From assembly GCF_018350175.1 (NCBI RefSeq), contig NC_058368.1, forward strand, positions 58,716,001-58,780,000: a DNA stretch of 64,000 nt. The letters run 5' to 3'. Position 1 is the stretch's first letter. Each line of letters starts with the position of its first letter. The DNA is from Felis catus. Taxonomy: Eukaryota. The translations under genes were made by a program, and so were the position numbers. Positions 1 to 12,469 of the stretch are shown one piece after another. Below the pieces are notes generated by a model. That model searched no databases, had not been told where the DNA came from, and was given only the letters and a program-made list of their open reading frames with translations.

Positions 1-563
1 AATTACAATAGCAATTAATTGTTATTACATGGTTTCCCAGATCTGTGTCAGTCCATTTTCTTCTTTTATATGGTTCTACAAATTGTCTTTATTGGTTCTC
101 ATAAACTGACTGTTTCTTCTTAAGCAGATACTTCTTCAGTACTTTTATTACTACTTGTGTAAGAAAATTATGTTTTACAATTTTATTATGCTACCAAATA
201 ATTTATTATATTAGGCTTTTTGATAGGGTGTTGCAAAGCTTTTATTCTCTTCTTGAATTCTTAAGTTCACAAATGGTGAAAAGTGGTACTTGTTTACTGT
301 GGAGCATTTCAGTCTCCCTCTCAGGGATCTTGGTGCAAAAGAAGACAGTAGGAACACAAACCATGAATCATCACACTACAAAGAATCTTCCAGCCACCCC
401 AGCTTTTAGCATCTCAGCTGGTCAGCCAAAAAATACAGAAGTTAAAATTCTAGAACTGGTAGCACACTATTTCCCACTCAGAGCTTGTAACATCATAGTC
501 TTGATGCTAGGCATTAGAAAGATCAGGCTTTCTAGTTATTTTTTTCAAATTAATCTTCTACAG

Positions 564-996
564 CAGTGCTGTCCAGTAGAACTTTCTAAGGTGACAGAAA
601 TGTTCTCTACCCCTGCTGTCCAAGATGGTAGTTACTATTTACATGTAGATATTGAGCAGTTGAAATGGGCCTAGCGTGACCAAGAAATTAAGTTTTAAAT
701 TGTATTTAATTTTAAGTAAAAAAAAAATAAGTTGAGGGGTGCCTGGGTGGTTCAGTTGGTTGAGAGTCTGACTCTTGGTTTTGGCTCAGGTCATGATCTC
801 ATGGCTCATGAGTTTGAGCCCCTTGTCAGGCTCTACTCTGACAGTACAGAACCTGGTTGGGATTTTCTTTCTCCTTCCTTCTCTGCCCCTCCCTCTCTTT
901 CCCTCTCGCCTCCCCCCAAAAAATGAGTAAATAAACATTAAAAAATAAGTGGAAATAGCTACATATGGCTATTGGCTACTGTATTGGACTGCAAAG
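564..996 (+). mobile_element. MER3-like hAT-Charlie non-autonomous DNA transposon, split by a Can-SINE
   Basis: Starts cagtgctgtccagtagaactttct and ends ggctactgtattggactgcaaag, with internal inverted arms typical of MER3. Degenerate 8-bp flanks ttctacag/ttgtagag. Homologous to the minus-strand copy at 61900-62102. Confidence 0.85.
736..939 (+). mobile_element. Can-SINE (tRNA-derived carnivore SINE)
   Basis: ggggtgcctgggtggttcag head, CT-rich region, taaataaaca tail. TSD aaaaaataagt(t/g)ga at 722-735 and 940-953. Confidence 0.95.
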
Positions 997-1295
997 TTGT
1001 AGAGTTATTTTCAACTTTCAAAAGTTTACTTCTAACAGTCATGTCATTTTTACAAGCATGCCTGAATGGAAGATTATTCTCTAAACTGAGAACCTTTATA
1101 CTTTATTCTTAAAGTCATGGTTACTGATTCTATGCAAAATGACTGATAGGATTGTCAATCTTTTCCACCCCTGGCAAGGTCCTGGCATTTTATTGATGAT
1201 GTTAACTCTGTACCTGAGCCCATGTATATCCCAAGGAGCTCTAAATTTCTATGTCCACATTTGACATGTTTTAATTGATCGTGGCCATTCCATTA

Positions 1296-1297
<2 letters not shown>

Positions 1298-1335
<38 letters not shown>
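1298..1335. repeat. (TG)19 microsatellite
   Basis: Direct read. Confidence 0.98.
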
Positions 1336-1336
<1 letters not shown>

Positions 1337-2139
1337 TCAAGGGATAAGGCATGTTGAGGGACTAGTGACATGGAGATCCAGGAGACCAGCTAGCATTAAG
1401 ACTGAATTCACCTACAGAGATTTCACTCTCAAGGAGAGGCTCTGAGGAAGTTGACAAGGAAATGATGATGTCTCTCCAGGCTGTGAGAACACCAATTTCA
1501 TGTGTTTTTAACATTTCAGTGGTTATTTTAGTAATGCTCTTGTTCTTTTCTAGATCAAAGGAAAGTTTGTGAATATATCTGAGGGAAAATAAATTATAGT
1601 GTTCGTTAATGTTAGCCTTTATTATTAAATATTTCTGCATTTGTTTCATTGTCAGAAATGTGAAATTTATATACTAACTCTCTAAGATGAAACCAATCAG
1701 AAGACAATGTTCTGCCTGTTCCTTTAGGTCATTTCCTCTTCTGTTATTGCTATTGCCTGTGCTTCTTCATTGTGTAGCCAGCTGTTCACTTACATTGCAC
1801 GTTGCAGAGACAAGCCAGTTCAATAGAATTCTGAAGCTGACAGTGTTGGATTAGCATGGTTTGTGAGAAAATTGCCCATAGTCAGAATAGAAGAAACAAT
1901 AACAGTGGAAGCCCTAGCACTTTGCTTTTTAAAATAAAGTCAGTTTAGATAAGAGTGTGACCCAGCCTGATCTATGGGAGCAGCGGAAGAGCAACCTAAT
2001 TTCTGTTGAAAGCAGCAAGTCCATAATTATTGCATCTGATTTAGAATAGTTGTAGGAAGAGTTATCAATTAAAGCAGGCTAGGCAGCCACTTGGCTTGTT
2101 AGCTGAGAATCTGGTCAGTAAAAATAAGTTTAGAAGGAA

Positions 2140-2890
2140 TTAATTAAGGTAATTCCTCTAAGGAGGTCCTTGCCATGGCTTTGGTTTATAGAACTGGAGT
2201 TCACAGAATGATGGTAAAAAAAGAAAGAAGTAATTAAACCATCAAATTCAAAGTGGTGAGAGAGCTGCAAAGAATAAAATAGTTTTGTAGATGGGGAATT
2301 GCTGATGTTGTACAGGCCTGAGGATGAAAACCCAAACTACTATGGGCTATTGTCACATTCTAAACTAGATACACAATAAACTTAGCATTTATATTTTATA
2401 TTTTAAATTTCAAGCTTTTAGCAAAAACATGGTACATGGTTTAAAAAAACCCTGAGTAATAAAGAGAACAGGAACAGGGCACCAACTATAATGTTTTGGT
2501 AGGTGACTGGAATGTGCCAAATGTTAGTGGAATCAGACTAAGCAGCACCAATAAAGGATGTTCTCAGACATACCCTTATATGGTTTTGAAGGGTGACAGA
2601 ACCTTATCAGGAGCAGAGGCCAATTTATACAACATTGTGTGCTTGCATGAAGTAGACATGAAAAAAATGTTGAGTTTACCTGAACAAAAATGAATAAATT
2701 GGTGTCTTTCAAGAAATGATAGGTATGTTTCCTTCATTTTCTTTGGTCTACTTTTAACATGATGGCATTTTAGGCAACAGAATATCTTTGAAATAGACTT
2801 CTGATATTTTTTAATATGTTTGTTTACAGAGATTCCATAAATATTCTCTGCAAATGGAAAAGAAGCGAAAGAGATTGCAATAATTTAGCA
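2140..2890 (+). mobile_element. Probable ancient CR1/L3-clade LINE remnant (ORF2 APE endonuclease region)
   Basis: Frameshifted motifs in CR1 order: G-V-T-E-*-W (2196-2214), W-G-I-A (~2292), LVGDWNVPNV (2496-2525), VTEP..R.EANL (2593-2626), LGN (~2770). Confidence 0.5.
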
Positions 2891-4359
2891 TTTTGCCTTT
2901 GATTCTCCTCCAGCCATGTCCCTTCTCATTTCAAATCTAACTTTGAATTGGTTACAATTCTCCATAACATAAAATTATAGAAAAAGATTGTGAATAGTGT
3001 CATTCTTCATGCTTAATACTTTATGTACTGTTGGAATATTCCATACTAGATAGGAGAGAAATAAAATATAATATGTCTTTGGCAGCCTTAAAAAGAAAAT
3101 AGGAGGACTATTATCCATCCGATTCCATTCATTGTCTACAGTATCTGAATGATGTCTTTGCACAGGATTATCTGATCATTATTCTTTCTGAGATGCCCTA
3201 GCTCTCTCTTCTTCATGTGCAAAACCTGAAATATGAGCATCATGTTTCTCCCAGAAACTAAGTTGCCAAATAAAGAAGAATATTTACATTTGAAAACTCT
3301 TTGAAACTTTTTAAAAGTTGCTGAAATTCAGGAAACTCTGAAGCCGGTAAGCAGAAGCAGGAGGTGAACCCAATTAGGATTAATACATCAAATAATGCCT
3401 AATTCAGACATATTTCTAGGCCTCTACTTTTCTCTGCTGTGTCAAACCAATTATTTCAGGCATAGTAGGAATCTTTCTTCACAAATGTCTCTGCTAGCCA
3501 AAATAAAATGTTAACTGACACACATAACAAATGTTTTAATTCACTGTGTGTAGTTTGAAAATAGAACCCAGAAGAAAACATTAAGAGCTGGGTTATCTGG
3601 CAGAAAAGCACTTTGCAGCTCCTTATTTCATTGTAAATTATGTTCATTGATCTGGAATATTTCTACACAAGGAAGTGGAAGGTATTATGTAAAATCGCTG
3701 TGACTTTTCGTAGAGGGAAACGCTAGTAAAGGGAGTTTTATTATACAATTCGTTAGTCTGTATTCCAACATTTCAATTGTTATGTAGTTTTTGTCATGTG
3801 ACTTCCCTTCCCCCTCCACACTAACTCAAAGCTTTAGAAAGCATACATTGGAAGAGAATGAAACAAAGGTGATTTTAACTGAAATTGGGAGTCCTTTTTG
3901 AATTATCATACCTCAGCTCGACCTGCCTATTCAATGTCAGAGTTTTAGGGCTATGGGGCAAAATCGTCCCCCTGTCTCTACTTTCCAAATACTTAAACAT
4001 ATGAAAGGAGACAAAAGGAAGCACAAAAATATACATGAGTCTATCATAATATCTGTTTTATTTTCTTTATAAAACTAAAATTAATAAATATGAATATTTA
4101 TTTTCACATCACTATGGAGAGAGGTTAAGAATTAAAATAATCACATGCTGCCCACCCAAATAGAAATAAACCTTGTTAGAATTGAGTGCTTGGAGTAAGG
4201 AGATGGGTGTTGATTCAGCCGCTTCTCCCCATTGTGGATATTGAAATTTGGCTCTAATACTGAGCTTCATACACATTTTCCAGGTATCTGTGTATTACAG
4301 AATATACAATAATACCTTTAATTAAGAAAAATAGAAAAAAATTAAAAAAAAAAAAAAAG

Positions 4360-4582
4360 GGGGCGCCTGGGTGGCGCAGTCGGTTGAGCGTCCGACTTCA
4401 GCCAGGTCACGATCTCGCGGTCCGTGAGTTTGAGCCCCGCGTCGGGCTCTGGGCTGATGGCTCAGAGCCTGGAGCCTGTTTCCGATTCTGTGTCTCCCTC
4501 TCTCTCTGCCCCTCGCCCGTTCATGCTCTGTCTCTCTCTGTCCCAAAAATAAATAAACGTTGAAAAAAAAATTAAAAAAAAA
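4360..4582 (+). mobile_element. Young felid Can-SINE (SINEC_Fc-type)
   Basis: Near-consensus and CpG-rich (ggcgcagtcgg...cagccaggtcacgatctcgcggtccg...tgtttccgattc). TSD aagaaaaatag at 4324-4334 and 4583-4593. Confidence 0.97.
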
Positions 4583-4884
4583 AAGAAAAATAGGATGTTG
4601 ATAAATATTAGTCATCAATAGTCTGAATATTTTATATATATTTGATATTATAATATAATAATGTAATTTTATATACTATATAAATTATATGTAATAGTAA
4701 TAAGGAATATGTGATATGCAATTATAAAATTTATTGTGAATTCCTTCTTACAAAGGAATTAGGGAAAACTTTTAGTCAGTGTGACTATAAAAAATATTTT
4801 TATTTAGCCTAGACACTCCTGTATGCTTTTCAAATTAATATTGTTCTGTACAGGGACTGAGAATTTTGCTTTTGTTTCATGATC

Positions 4885-5407
4885 TATGGTGGCTTTGTAA
4901 TACAAAAATATTTTAGCCTGACCTACGTTTCGCAGAATTCCTTTCTCCATATGATTTTGGTTAACATGGGCTTCCAGTGAGATTCTTGCAGATTTGGGGC
5001 TTGGAAGTGAAGCAGAGCCATTGACAGCACACACATATTGAAGTTTGAGTGCTGGCTCATCTTGTTTTTGTGGGGCAGCAGCTAGGTTTGCAATAGTTCT
5101 ACCTTCCCTGAGAACCTCTTTCATCGTTGAGTCTTGGGCCCGAGTGTGTGTTTAGCTCTGTGATGAAAGGCCTGGGCTGCTGAGGTCACCCCACCACCAA
5201 TGTCAGAAGCAGAAAAACAGATAAGTTTGAGTCCCTCCACATGAGTTTCAGTGTGAGCTTGTGGGTTCCAACCTGTTCTTGATCTCTCTCTTTTTATAGC
5301 TGCATTCTCTTCTAAACTGATTGCTCAAAAATTTCAAACGTTAGCATCACATGTGAACACAGCAAGCTTATTAGATTGCTTAACTAGCTCTCATAATTGC
5401 ACACATC
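4885..5407 (+). mobile_element. ERVL-class LTR fragment (LTR41/LTR52-like)
   Basis: Start tatggtggctttgtaat...ctacgtttcgcagaattccttt and end agattgcttaactagctctcataattgc resemble this family as I recall it. Confidence 0.5.
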
Positions 5408-5428
5408 AAAAAAAAAAAAAAGGTCGAT

Positions 5429-5964
5429 TGTGGTAGCCATCCTCCAAGAGGATCCTCAGTGTTTCCTGATAGTTGCACCTTCGTGTGGCCCCCCTCCCTC
5501 ACTGCACCAGGGCTTTCTTTGTGACCCATAGACTATGAGATGGGTAATGGTATAGCAATCCCAAGAATAGGCTATAAAAGACTGCAGCTTTTGCCTTAGA
5601 CAAGCTCATGTACTCTCTCTCTCTAATGTATGATTCACTTTGGGAAAATAAGATATTATGTTGTAAGCAGCTCTACGGTGACCTTGTGTGTAAGGAACTG
5701 ACATTTCCAGCTAATAGCCATTGAGGGATTAAGAACTGACAGCAACAGCATAAATGAGCTTATAAGCAAATCCTTCCCAGTTGTGTCTTCAGATCGGACT
5801 GGAGCCCTGACCTGACCAACAACCTGATGACAATCACATGAAATTTTCTGCAATAACCACCGAGTTAAGTTGCTGCCAATTCACAGAAACTGAGAAAATA
5901 GATGTTTGTTATTTTAAGCTGCTAAATTTTGAGGTAATCGCTAAGACAGAAACAATAAGTGACA
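5429..5964 (+). mobile_element. MaLR solo LTR (MLT1F-like)
   Basis: Starts tgtggtagccatcctccaag; contains aggctataaaagactgcagct; ends with the MLT1-type tgtttgttattttaagctgctaaattttgaggtaat. Confidence 0.8.
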
Positions 5965-6054
5965 TGGCAATTTTTATCAACTCCTACTCTCCACAAATGA
6001 ATTTACCAGCACAACTTTTATGAATTGGTTTCTATAGAAGGCTTTGATTTTCTC

Positions 6055-6058
<4 letters not shown>

Positions 6059-6098
<40 letters not shown>
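6059..6098. repeat. (AT)20 microsatellite
   Basis: Direct read. Confidence 0.98.
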
Positions 6099-6104
<6 letters not shown>

Positions 6105-6544
6105 GTTATTATGAAGTGACACAGCTTTCTCTTTGATCTTAACAGTCTTTGTATCTGAGTTATCTTTGTGAAGTGTGCTCCCTTTATTGTACATGACATC
6201 ACTTTCCTCTGTATTGTGGCACTAGGAAAAGTGTTTTAAGGGTCAATTACTAATTAGCATTAAGGTGTATACAACCTTACCAATTGTGAAACACACGAAT
6301 GGGTGGGTCAGCTTTTCTCGTCCCTAAGTTTATTCATTTCATAAGTCACTTCATCCTGTCTCATGATTTTAAACATCATCTTTGAATTATCTTTCCCTAA
6401 TATATACCTAAGATTCTTCCATTTCTTTGACTATCAGATTTGTGTATACATAAGCTCTATTTGAAATATCTAAAAAGGTGTCAGACAGCCAACTCAAACT
6501 TAACACGTTCCAAATATCCCATATTCCACTCTACTTAACAACCA

Positions 6545-7247
6545 CATGGTGAAAATAGGTTGAATTGATTCCCACAGCTTTCATGCAATCATTTTTCCCC
6601 CCTTTGGGAAAGTGAAAAGCTAGATATCATTAGCTTCTGAGTACAAAACAGCTTTTGATAAGTCCCTTTTTTACACCACTGCTTGCTCTTTCTGTTCCCA
6701 AAGAGGGTTATTAAAACATGAGTTTCTTACCCTCAATATGCTATTCTTCAGCTTCATGAAAGTGGGCAAAAGCAGATATGCCAGCAGTGATGGCAGTGGC
6801 CTCCTCTGGCTGGCTTCCGAATGGCTGTATTGTATCTATGTGTGTCTATCTCCAGCTTCCTTGGTATTCAGACATGGTTGTGCTAATAGAATTAGTGGCA
6901 GATTTTTTTTATTCCAGTGATGTTGTGAAAAAGAACTCCTAGAAGCAACCTTATTTAGGTTGTTTCTCAAGGATTCTAGAAATTATTAGTGGAGGCCCAA
7001 TCTAGAACTTACTACTGAAGCTCTTGCAATGTACTTACCTACTTTCCTATTAAGTCTCTTTTCTTTTTTGTTTTTTACTTTTATTTATTTATTTTGAGAA
7101 AGTGAGAGAGAGAGAGCGTGAGCGGGGGAGGGACAGAGAGAGAGAGAGAGGGAGGCTTAACCGACTGAGTCACCCAGTCACCCCAAGTCTCTTTCTGCCA
7201 AAGGTTCTATGGTAATTTCTATGTGCCACCCTGAATCCAAACTGACT
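6545..7247 (+). mobile_element. ERVL solo LTR (LTR33-like), containing a SINE
   Basis: 3' part ggaggcccaatctagaactt...cctattaagtctctttctgcc...ctgaatccaaactgact follows the LTR33 3' end. 5' boundary approximate. Confidence 0.6.
7062..7184 (-). mobile_element. Can-SINE with ~100-bp internal deletion
   Basis: Both ends present and TSD aagtctcttt at 7052-7061 and 7185-7194. The head is joined directly to the CT region at 7154/7155. Confidence 0.9.
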
Positions 7248-7909
7248 TTCACTTCCTCAGCCTACCATTCAACCCAAAGTTATTCATCTCAGGAGACTTC
7301 ATTTGTTCAGTTTCTTAGGTGAAATTCTCAGAGTCTTCCTCACTCCTACATCTATCTCATCCTACTATGCAACCTAGCAATTAACCATGTTGACGAATAA
7401 CCCTCTGAAATTAATTCAGAATCTCACAACTTTTGCCATCTTTACCTCCACCTCCAAGGTGAAAGCCTAACTCACCACTTCCCTTCATTATTGGAATGCC
7501 CCCTAATAGGTTCTCCTGCTTCTAATCATGCCGCCCTAAAATCCCCCCACCAAATAGCACATGGAATGATGCAAAAATATCACAAACTTACACAAAACAG
7601 CAGCAACCTGTCACCACAGAGTTACCAATCTGGCCATTTAATCTTGTCTTCATTTTCTCCACAGCACTTAACACTTTCTAATATGGGAGATGTTTACTCA
7701 GCATTGGTGTATTGGCTATCTAACCAATTTTTGTGCTCCTATCCAATAAATAAATGAATAAATAAATAAACAAATAAAATAACATAAGCCATATGAGGAA
7801 ACCATTTATGTGTGTTTATTACTCTATCCTCAGGATGTAGATCAGCATCTGATGTGCATTAAGATGCCCAATAAATATTTGTTGAACAAATGAGTGGAAG
7901 CACAACACT

Positions 7910-8150
7910 AAATTCTTCTAATGACTCCTCATCTCACTAGGAATGAAATACACAGTGCTTTTTCTCTGTATGATGACCTACGTGTTCTGGCCCTCTGCTA
8001 ACTCTCTAACCTCATTACTACCTTATTCACTCTGCTTCAGCCATATCGGCCCTACTATTTATCATTGAATAAACCATGCAATGGTCACTTCTGGAATGCT
8101 CTCTCTCTAGGTATTCTTGCACCTTACTCTCTTACTTCTCAGTTTAGTGC
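7910..8150 (+). mobile_element. L2 fragment
   Basis: atgactcctcatctcactaggaatgaaat...tctggccctctgctaactctctaacctcat...tcactctgcttcagccata. Confidence 0.6.
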
Positions 8151-8881
8151 TTTCCATTTACGGAAGACAGTGCCTTAATCTTTAAGAAAGTAGTCAAACT
8201 ATATTCTGATTTTAAATATGTGTTTTAATAGGAAGCATATGGAATATTGTATATTATTTTCATATTATGTAAGCATATGGAAACCCTCAGATAGGCTTAG
8301 AATGAGTGTCTAGGGCAATACTTTCTGCAAAATGCAGACTATATATCAAATGGATTTTTAGCTTTGTGAAATGCCAAAGGAAGAGCTAAAACATTTGATA
8401 ATTGCCAGAACCTTTCTCTGCAAGCTCACCAGGACCATGAGTCATTGTTTAGGTGACAAGATGTCAGGATATGACAAGATATTCCTGTTATATAACATGA
8501 CAAGGAGCTTAACCCAGTTTTAATGCTGAAAAATACAAGTCAAAGTAAAAATAAAAATGAAATAGGTCTTCCTTAGTTTCTTTGATGAAAAGATATCAAA
8601 GGACTTTATAAAGCACTTCTATTTTTAAAATGCACAAACTCAGAACCTGAGCCAAAAAGTAGAAGCCTTTATAAATGGGGACTCAAATGTTCCTTTAGTA
8701 GTGTATACAGCAATCTTAAGATAAACCTGGCAAAAGAACACAGGTCTGTCAGAGCACCATATTAACCACGAGGAATTAGTTTTTATTAAAAACAGAAAAT
8801 TTTTGTTAAATAAGAATTAAACGTTTGGAAATATTGTATCTTTAATAGCTACACTGAATTTTAAAAAATTTATTTAAAACT

Positions 8882-9064
8882 GAGGCTTCTGGATGGCTCA
8901 GTTAGTTGAGTGTCCGACTTCGGCTCAGGTTCATGAGTTCGAGTCCCACATGGGGTTTGCTGCTGTCAGCACAGAGGATCCTCTGTCTCCCATTTTTTTC
9001 TGACCCTTCCCTGCTCATACTGTACCTCTCTCTCTCTCTCTCTCAAAAATAAATAAATATATTT
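8882..9064 (+). mobile_element. Can-SINE
   Basis: Degenerate head, CT tract and tail. Perfect 17-bp TSD aaaaatttatttaaaac at 8864-8880 and 9065-9081. Confidence 0.93.
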
Positions 9065-10089
9065 AAAAATTTATTTAAAACCATATTACTATGGGAGAGG
9101 AGTATTTTCCTGAGGTGAATGGGGGCAGTTTTTATGAAAATTTAATCATACACATTTAGACTGATTACATTTTTCAAAATATAAACATTATTATGAAATA
9201 TTTCAATGAAAAGGGATGGTCTTCTCGATGACATCAACTATATGGTTTGTGAAAAAAAGAGGACTTTGGTAAATCCACTCATATTGAAGAAAATAATTTA
9301 AGGGTCAAGATTGGCTCAGTGAATTTATAAGAATATGCAAAGCTTACTAAGTTCTTTTTGTAATAATTATGAGTTGAAAGACATTTTATGACCTTAAAAT
9401 ACCAACTTCCATTGCAATTATCACAATTATCTAATGAAGTAATTGAATAACTTACATTACACATAGAAAATGTTGTTTATATGCCAGAATAATTCCAAAT
9501 ATTTATAAAAAATTTTAAACAAGTAATAATCCCACTGGAAAAAATGATCTATTAGCTGAGTACTTGAAAAATTAAAAAAAAAAAACTAAACATTTTCTGT
9601 CTTTGCATTCTGCAAATACTCAATCTTATTAATTGAAACTTGTTTTCTGCAATACAACAATATTCTCAACTTTTAAAGTTTGAAGCTTAAAGTTTTTCTA
9701 AACTTTTGGTATCCATGGATAATTTGGATATTCAAATGCACACATAAACAACCACATCATCATCACAAATGTGGTCTTATTTGAATGTCATAGGACTGGA
9801 TCTTCATCCCCAAACATGATCTTTCAAGGAGTCTATACTTCAATCGTTAAAGATTTTATTTATTCTTTCAATCAATAAAGATTTTGTTTTATTTATTTAT
9901 GTTGAAGTTTTAAAATATTTATCCTTCAATATATTTCTAGAGACTCCTAGGAAAATATTACCTACTTAACATAAATGATATCTTAAACATTTGCAACTGA
10001 CACTTTATTTGGCATTCATTTACAACTAGATGAGAGAAGAAAAGAAGGAGGGAGGGAGGAAGCATAAAAAAATAAATTGTCTACTTTCT

Positions 10090-10230
10090 TAATTCATTCA
10101 GGAAAGTTATTTCAGGCTACCATAAGTCTGCCCCTATACTAGGAGCTGGTGGTAAAAAGCTAAATGATTCATGATACCTGCCTCAGAGCCTGTGAGGAGA
10201 GGCTGAAGTGAAGTTAATGATGACAGATGT
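10090..10230 (-). mobile_element. L2 3' end fragment
   Basis: attcattca...gctaccataagtctgcccctatactaggagctgg...cctgcctcagagc is an antisense L2 terminus pattern. Confidence 0.5.
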
Positions 10231-10822
10231 GACTTGAATATGTACACGAATGCCATTTGAGCATGCATTGTCTTAAGTGTTCACCCAATCTCCTTTTGTC
10301 TTCTATCATGTTGTTTTTTTAATGTGGTCACACTCTGTGTTTTAATGCTTCCTACTAGCCTCAAAATACCTCTTACTTTCATGCTATGACCAGCCCACTC
10401 AAATCCTGAACCCACTCAAAACCCCATTCCCATTTAACTGCTGTGGTTTAAATAGTGGAAGAATATCTGATAAAATCTACTAAGTTATGAATAATCAAAA
10501 GTGTGTCTTAAAGTTTTAGATTTTTCCATATTTGTTTATATATTAAAGGACTCATTTGCTATAGCAAAATTATGGTTATATTTCAGGGGATTTATCTAAA
10601 GAGTGGGTATTTCTTCATCTTGATCATTATAGTTCAGCAGCTCACTTCCCTTCCTACTTTCATTTCCATCTCAAAATTATTGACTCAAATCAGAGAAACC
10701 ATAGACTCCCATATCTGAAAGTTCTGTCTCTAATTCATTGGATATCTAAAAACTTTATTTTACAGTACTTGTCACTGTAAATACTACAAATAAAAATGGA
10801 TTAAATAAAACAAAAACTCCAT

Positions 10823-11042
10823 GGGGTGCCTGGGTGGCTCAGTTGGTTAAACATCTAACTCTTGATTTTGTCTCAGGTCATGATCTCATGGTTCATGAGT
10901 TTAAGCCCCACATCAGGCTCTGTTCTGGAAGCATGGAGCCTGCTTGAGGTTCTCTCTGTCTCTCTCTCCCTCTCTCTGCCTCTCCCCCATCCACGCTGTC
11001 TCTGTCTCTCTGAGAATAAATAAATAAAACATTTTTAAAAAA
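10823..11042 (+). mobile_element. Can-SINE
   Basis: Full head and tail. 19-bp TSD taaataaaacaaaaactcc at 10802-10820 and 11043-11061. Confidence 0.96.
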
Positions 11043-11602
11043 TAAATAAAACAAAAACTCCTTATGTAAGTTAACAATAGTGTAAATGCTCTCTAAAAAT
11101 ATAGCAATAATGACAACAGTTGTAAAAAAGATGGAAACGATGGTGAGGCAATTAGCAACAGTCCCAAGTATTGCACACAGAGAACTCAGCGTTCAAAGGG
11201 AGGTGTAGATGTTACCATAACACAGGAGTAGCTTCCTCATGGATTCTACAGTCATATGGGGGGTCCTCAGAGGGGACATAAAGTCACTGCCAGAGTTGCC
11301 ACCTGAAGTGGAGGGTGGGGAGAGCCTTGGCTTCTGCTCATGTTCTGTCATCACAATTTCTGCCAGATCCTTTCACGTGTAGAATTTAACTGCAAGCTAG
11401 TTGACCAGGGAACCAGGAAAAATGGTTATGAAGGGTCAACCCTTGACATGAAGGAGTGATGGGGGAGAAATACGAGGTCTCAAAGCAAATACGAGGTCTC
11501 TTTTCATTTCCTAAAATTGTTGATGACATTGATTTCCATTTTGTTAATACTGTTATAGAGTCAATACATGCTCTGAAGTGAATTGTGTCCTTTAAAAAAA
11601 AA

Positions 11603-11816
11603 TTTTTTTAATGTTTATTTATTTTTGAGAGAGAGAGATAGAGAGACAGAGCATGAGCAGGAGAAGGGTAGAGAGAGAGGGTGACACAGAAACTGAAGCA
11701 GGCTCTGCGCTCTGATCTGTCAGCACAGACCCGGATGCAAAGCTCAAACGCAGAAACGTGAGATCATGACCTGAGCCGAAGTCAGACACTTAACCCACTG
11801 GGCCACCCACGCACCC
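11603..11816 (-). mobile_element. Can-SINE
   Basis: aatgtttatttatttttgagagag...catgacctgagccgaagtcagacacttaacc...ccacccacgcaccc. Confidence 0.95.
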
Positions 11817-11899
11817 TTTTTTTAAATAAAAAATCTGTCTGTTTGATGAATTTATTAGCTAGATTGGGGCCACATGCTCAAATTTTTATAAATGCCAGT

Positions 11900-12469
11900 C
11901 CATGTTGTTTACCTGCTTAAAAATGTTCCCTATTGAACTTAGAATGAAATAGAAAACAGCTACCCTTTTCTACTGGGCCCTACATGGCTCCAACTTGTCT
12001 AATAAAATCATGCTGTGTGACTCGTTCCTTAGACACTGGATAGCTTTTGCCCTGGCTCTCTTTCTTTTTTCTAAAACTCATCTTACTTCTTCACTACAAC
12101 ATATTTAAATCTGCTTTTCATTCTGACTGGAATAATATTCTCTCCACGTGTATGCCATCGCTGGCTTAGCATTCAGGCCTCTGCTGAACCTCCACGTCCT
12201 CAGATTAGGCTATGTGTCTGTTCTACTTGAAGTTCATTCATCACTCTTTGATCCTAGCAAATCATTTTCTACATAGCACAAACCAATTCCTGATATTTTC
12301 CTGTTAGTTATTTTTTGTTGTCTCCATTAGAGTTGAAACTTCTTCAACATAGAGACTGCTTCTGTCTTGGCTTCCACAGCATCTATCCTCAGTACTTAAG
12401 AAATGCTTGGCACATAAAAATACTCCATAAATATTTATTAAATGAATAAATAAGTGAATGGATGAATAA
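11900..12469 (+). mobile_element. L2 (L2a-like) 3' end
   Basis: Typical L2 3' sequence ending tgcttggcacataaaaatactccataaatatttattaaatgaataaataagtgaatggatgaat. Confidence 0.8.

Larger units (their letters stand above)
6345..7897 (+). mobile_element. L2 LINE 3' region, interrupted by an LTR33-like LTR at ~6545-7247
   Basis: L2 motifs catcctgtctcatgattttaaacatcat and ctcaaacttaacacgttccaaa. Resumes ~7250 (aataggttctcctgcttcta) and ends with the L2 terminus caataaatatttgttgaacaaatgagtg. Confidence 0.7.

Noticed and set aside
228..674. Longest non-L1 ORF (148 aa)
   Set aside because: Starts at GTG, resembles no protein I recognise, and its 3' end runs into the MER3 element.
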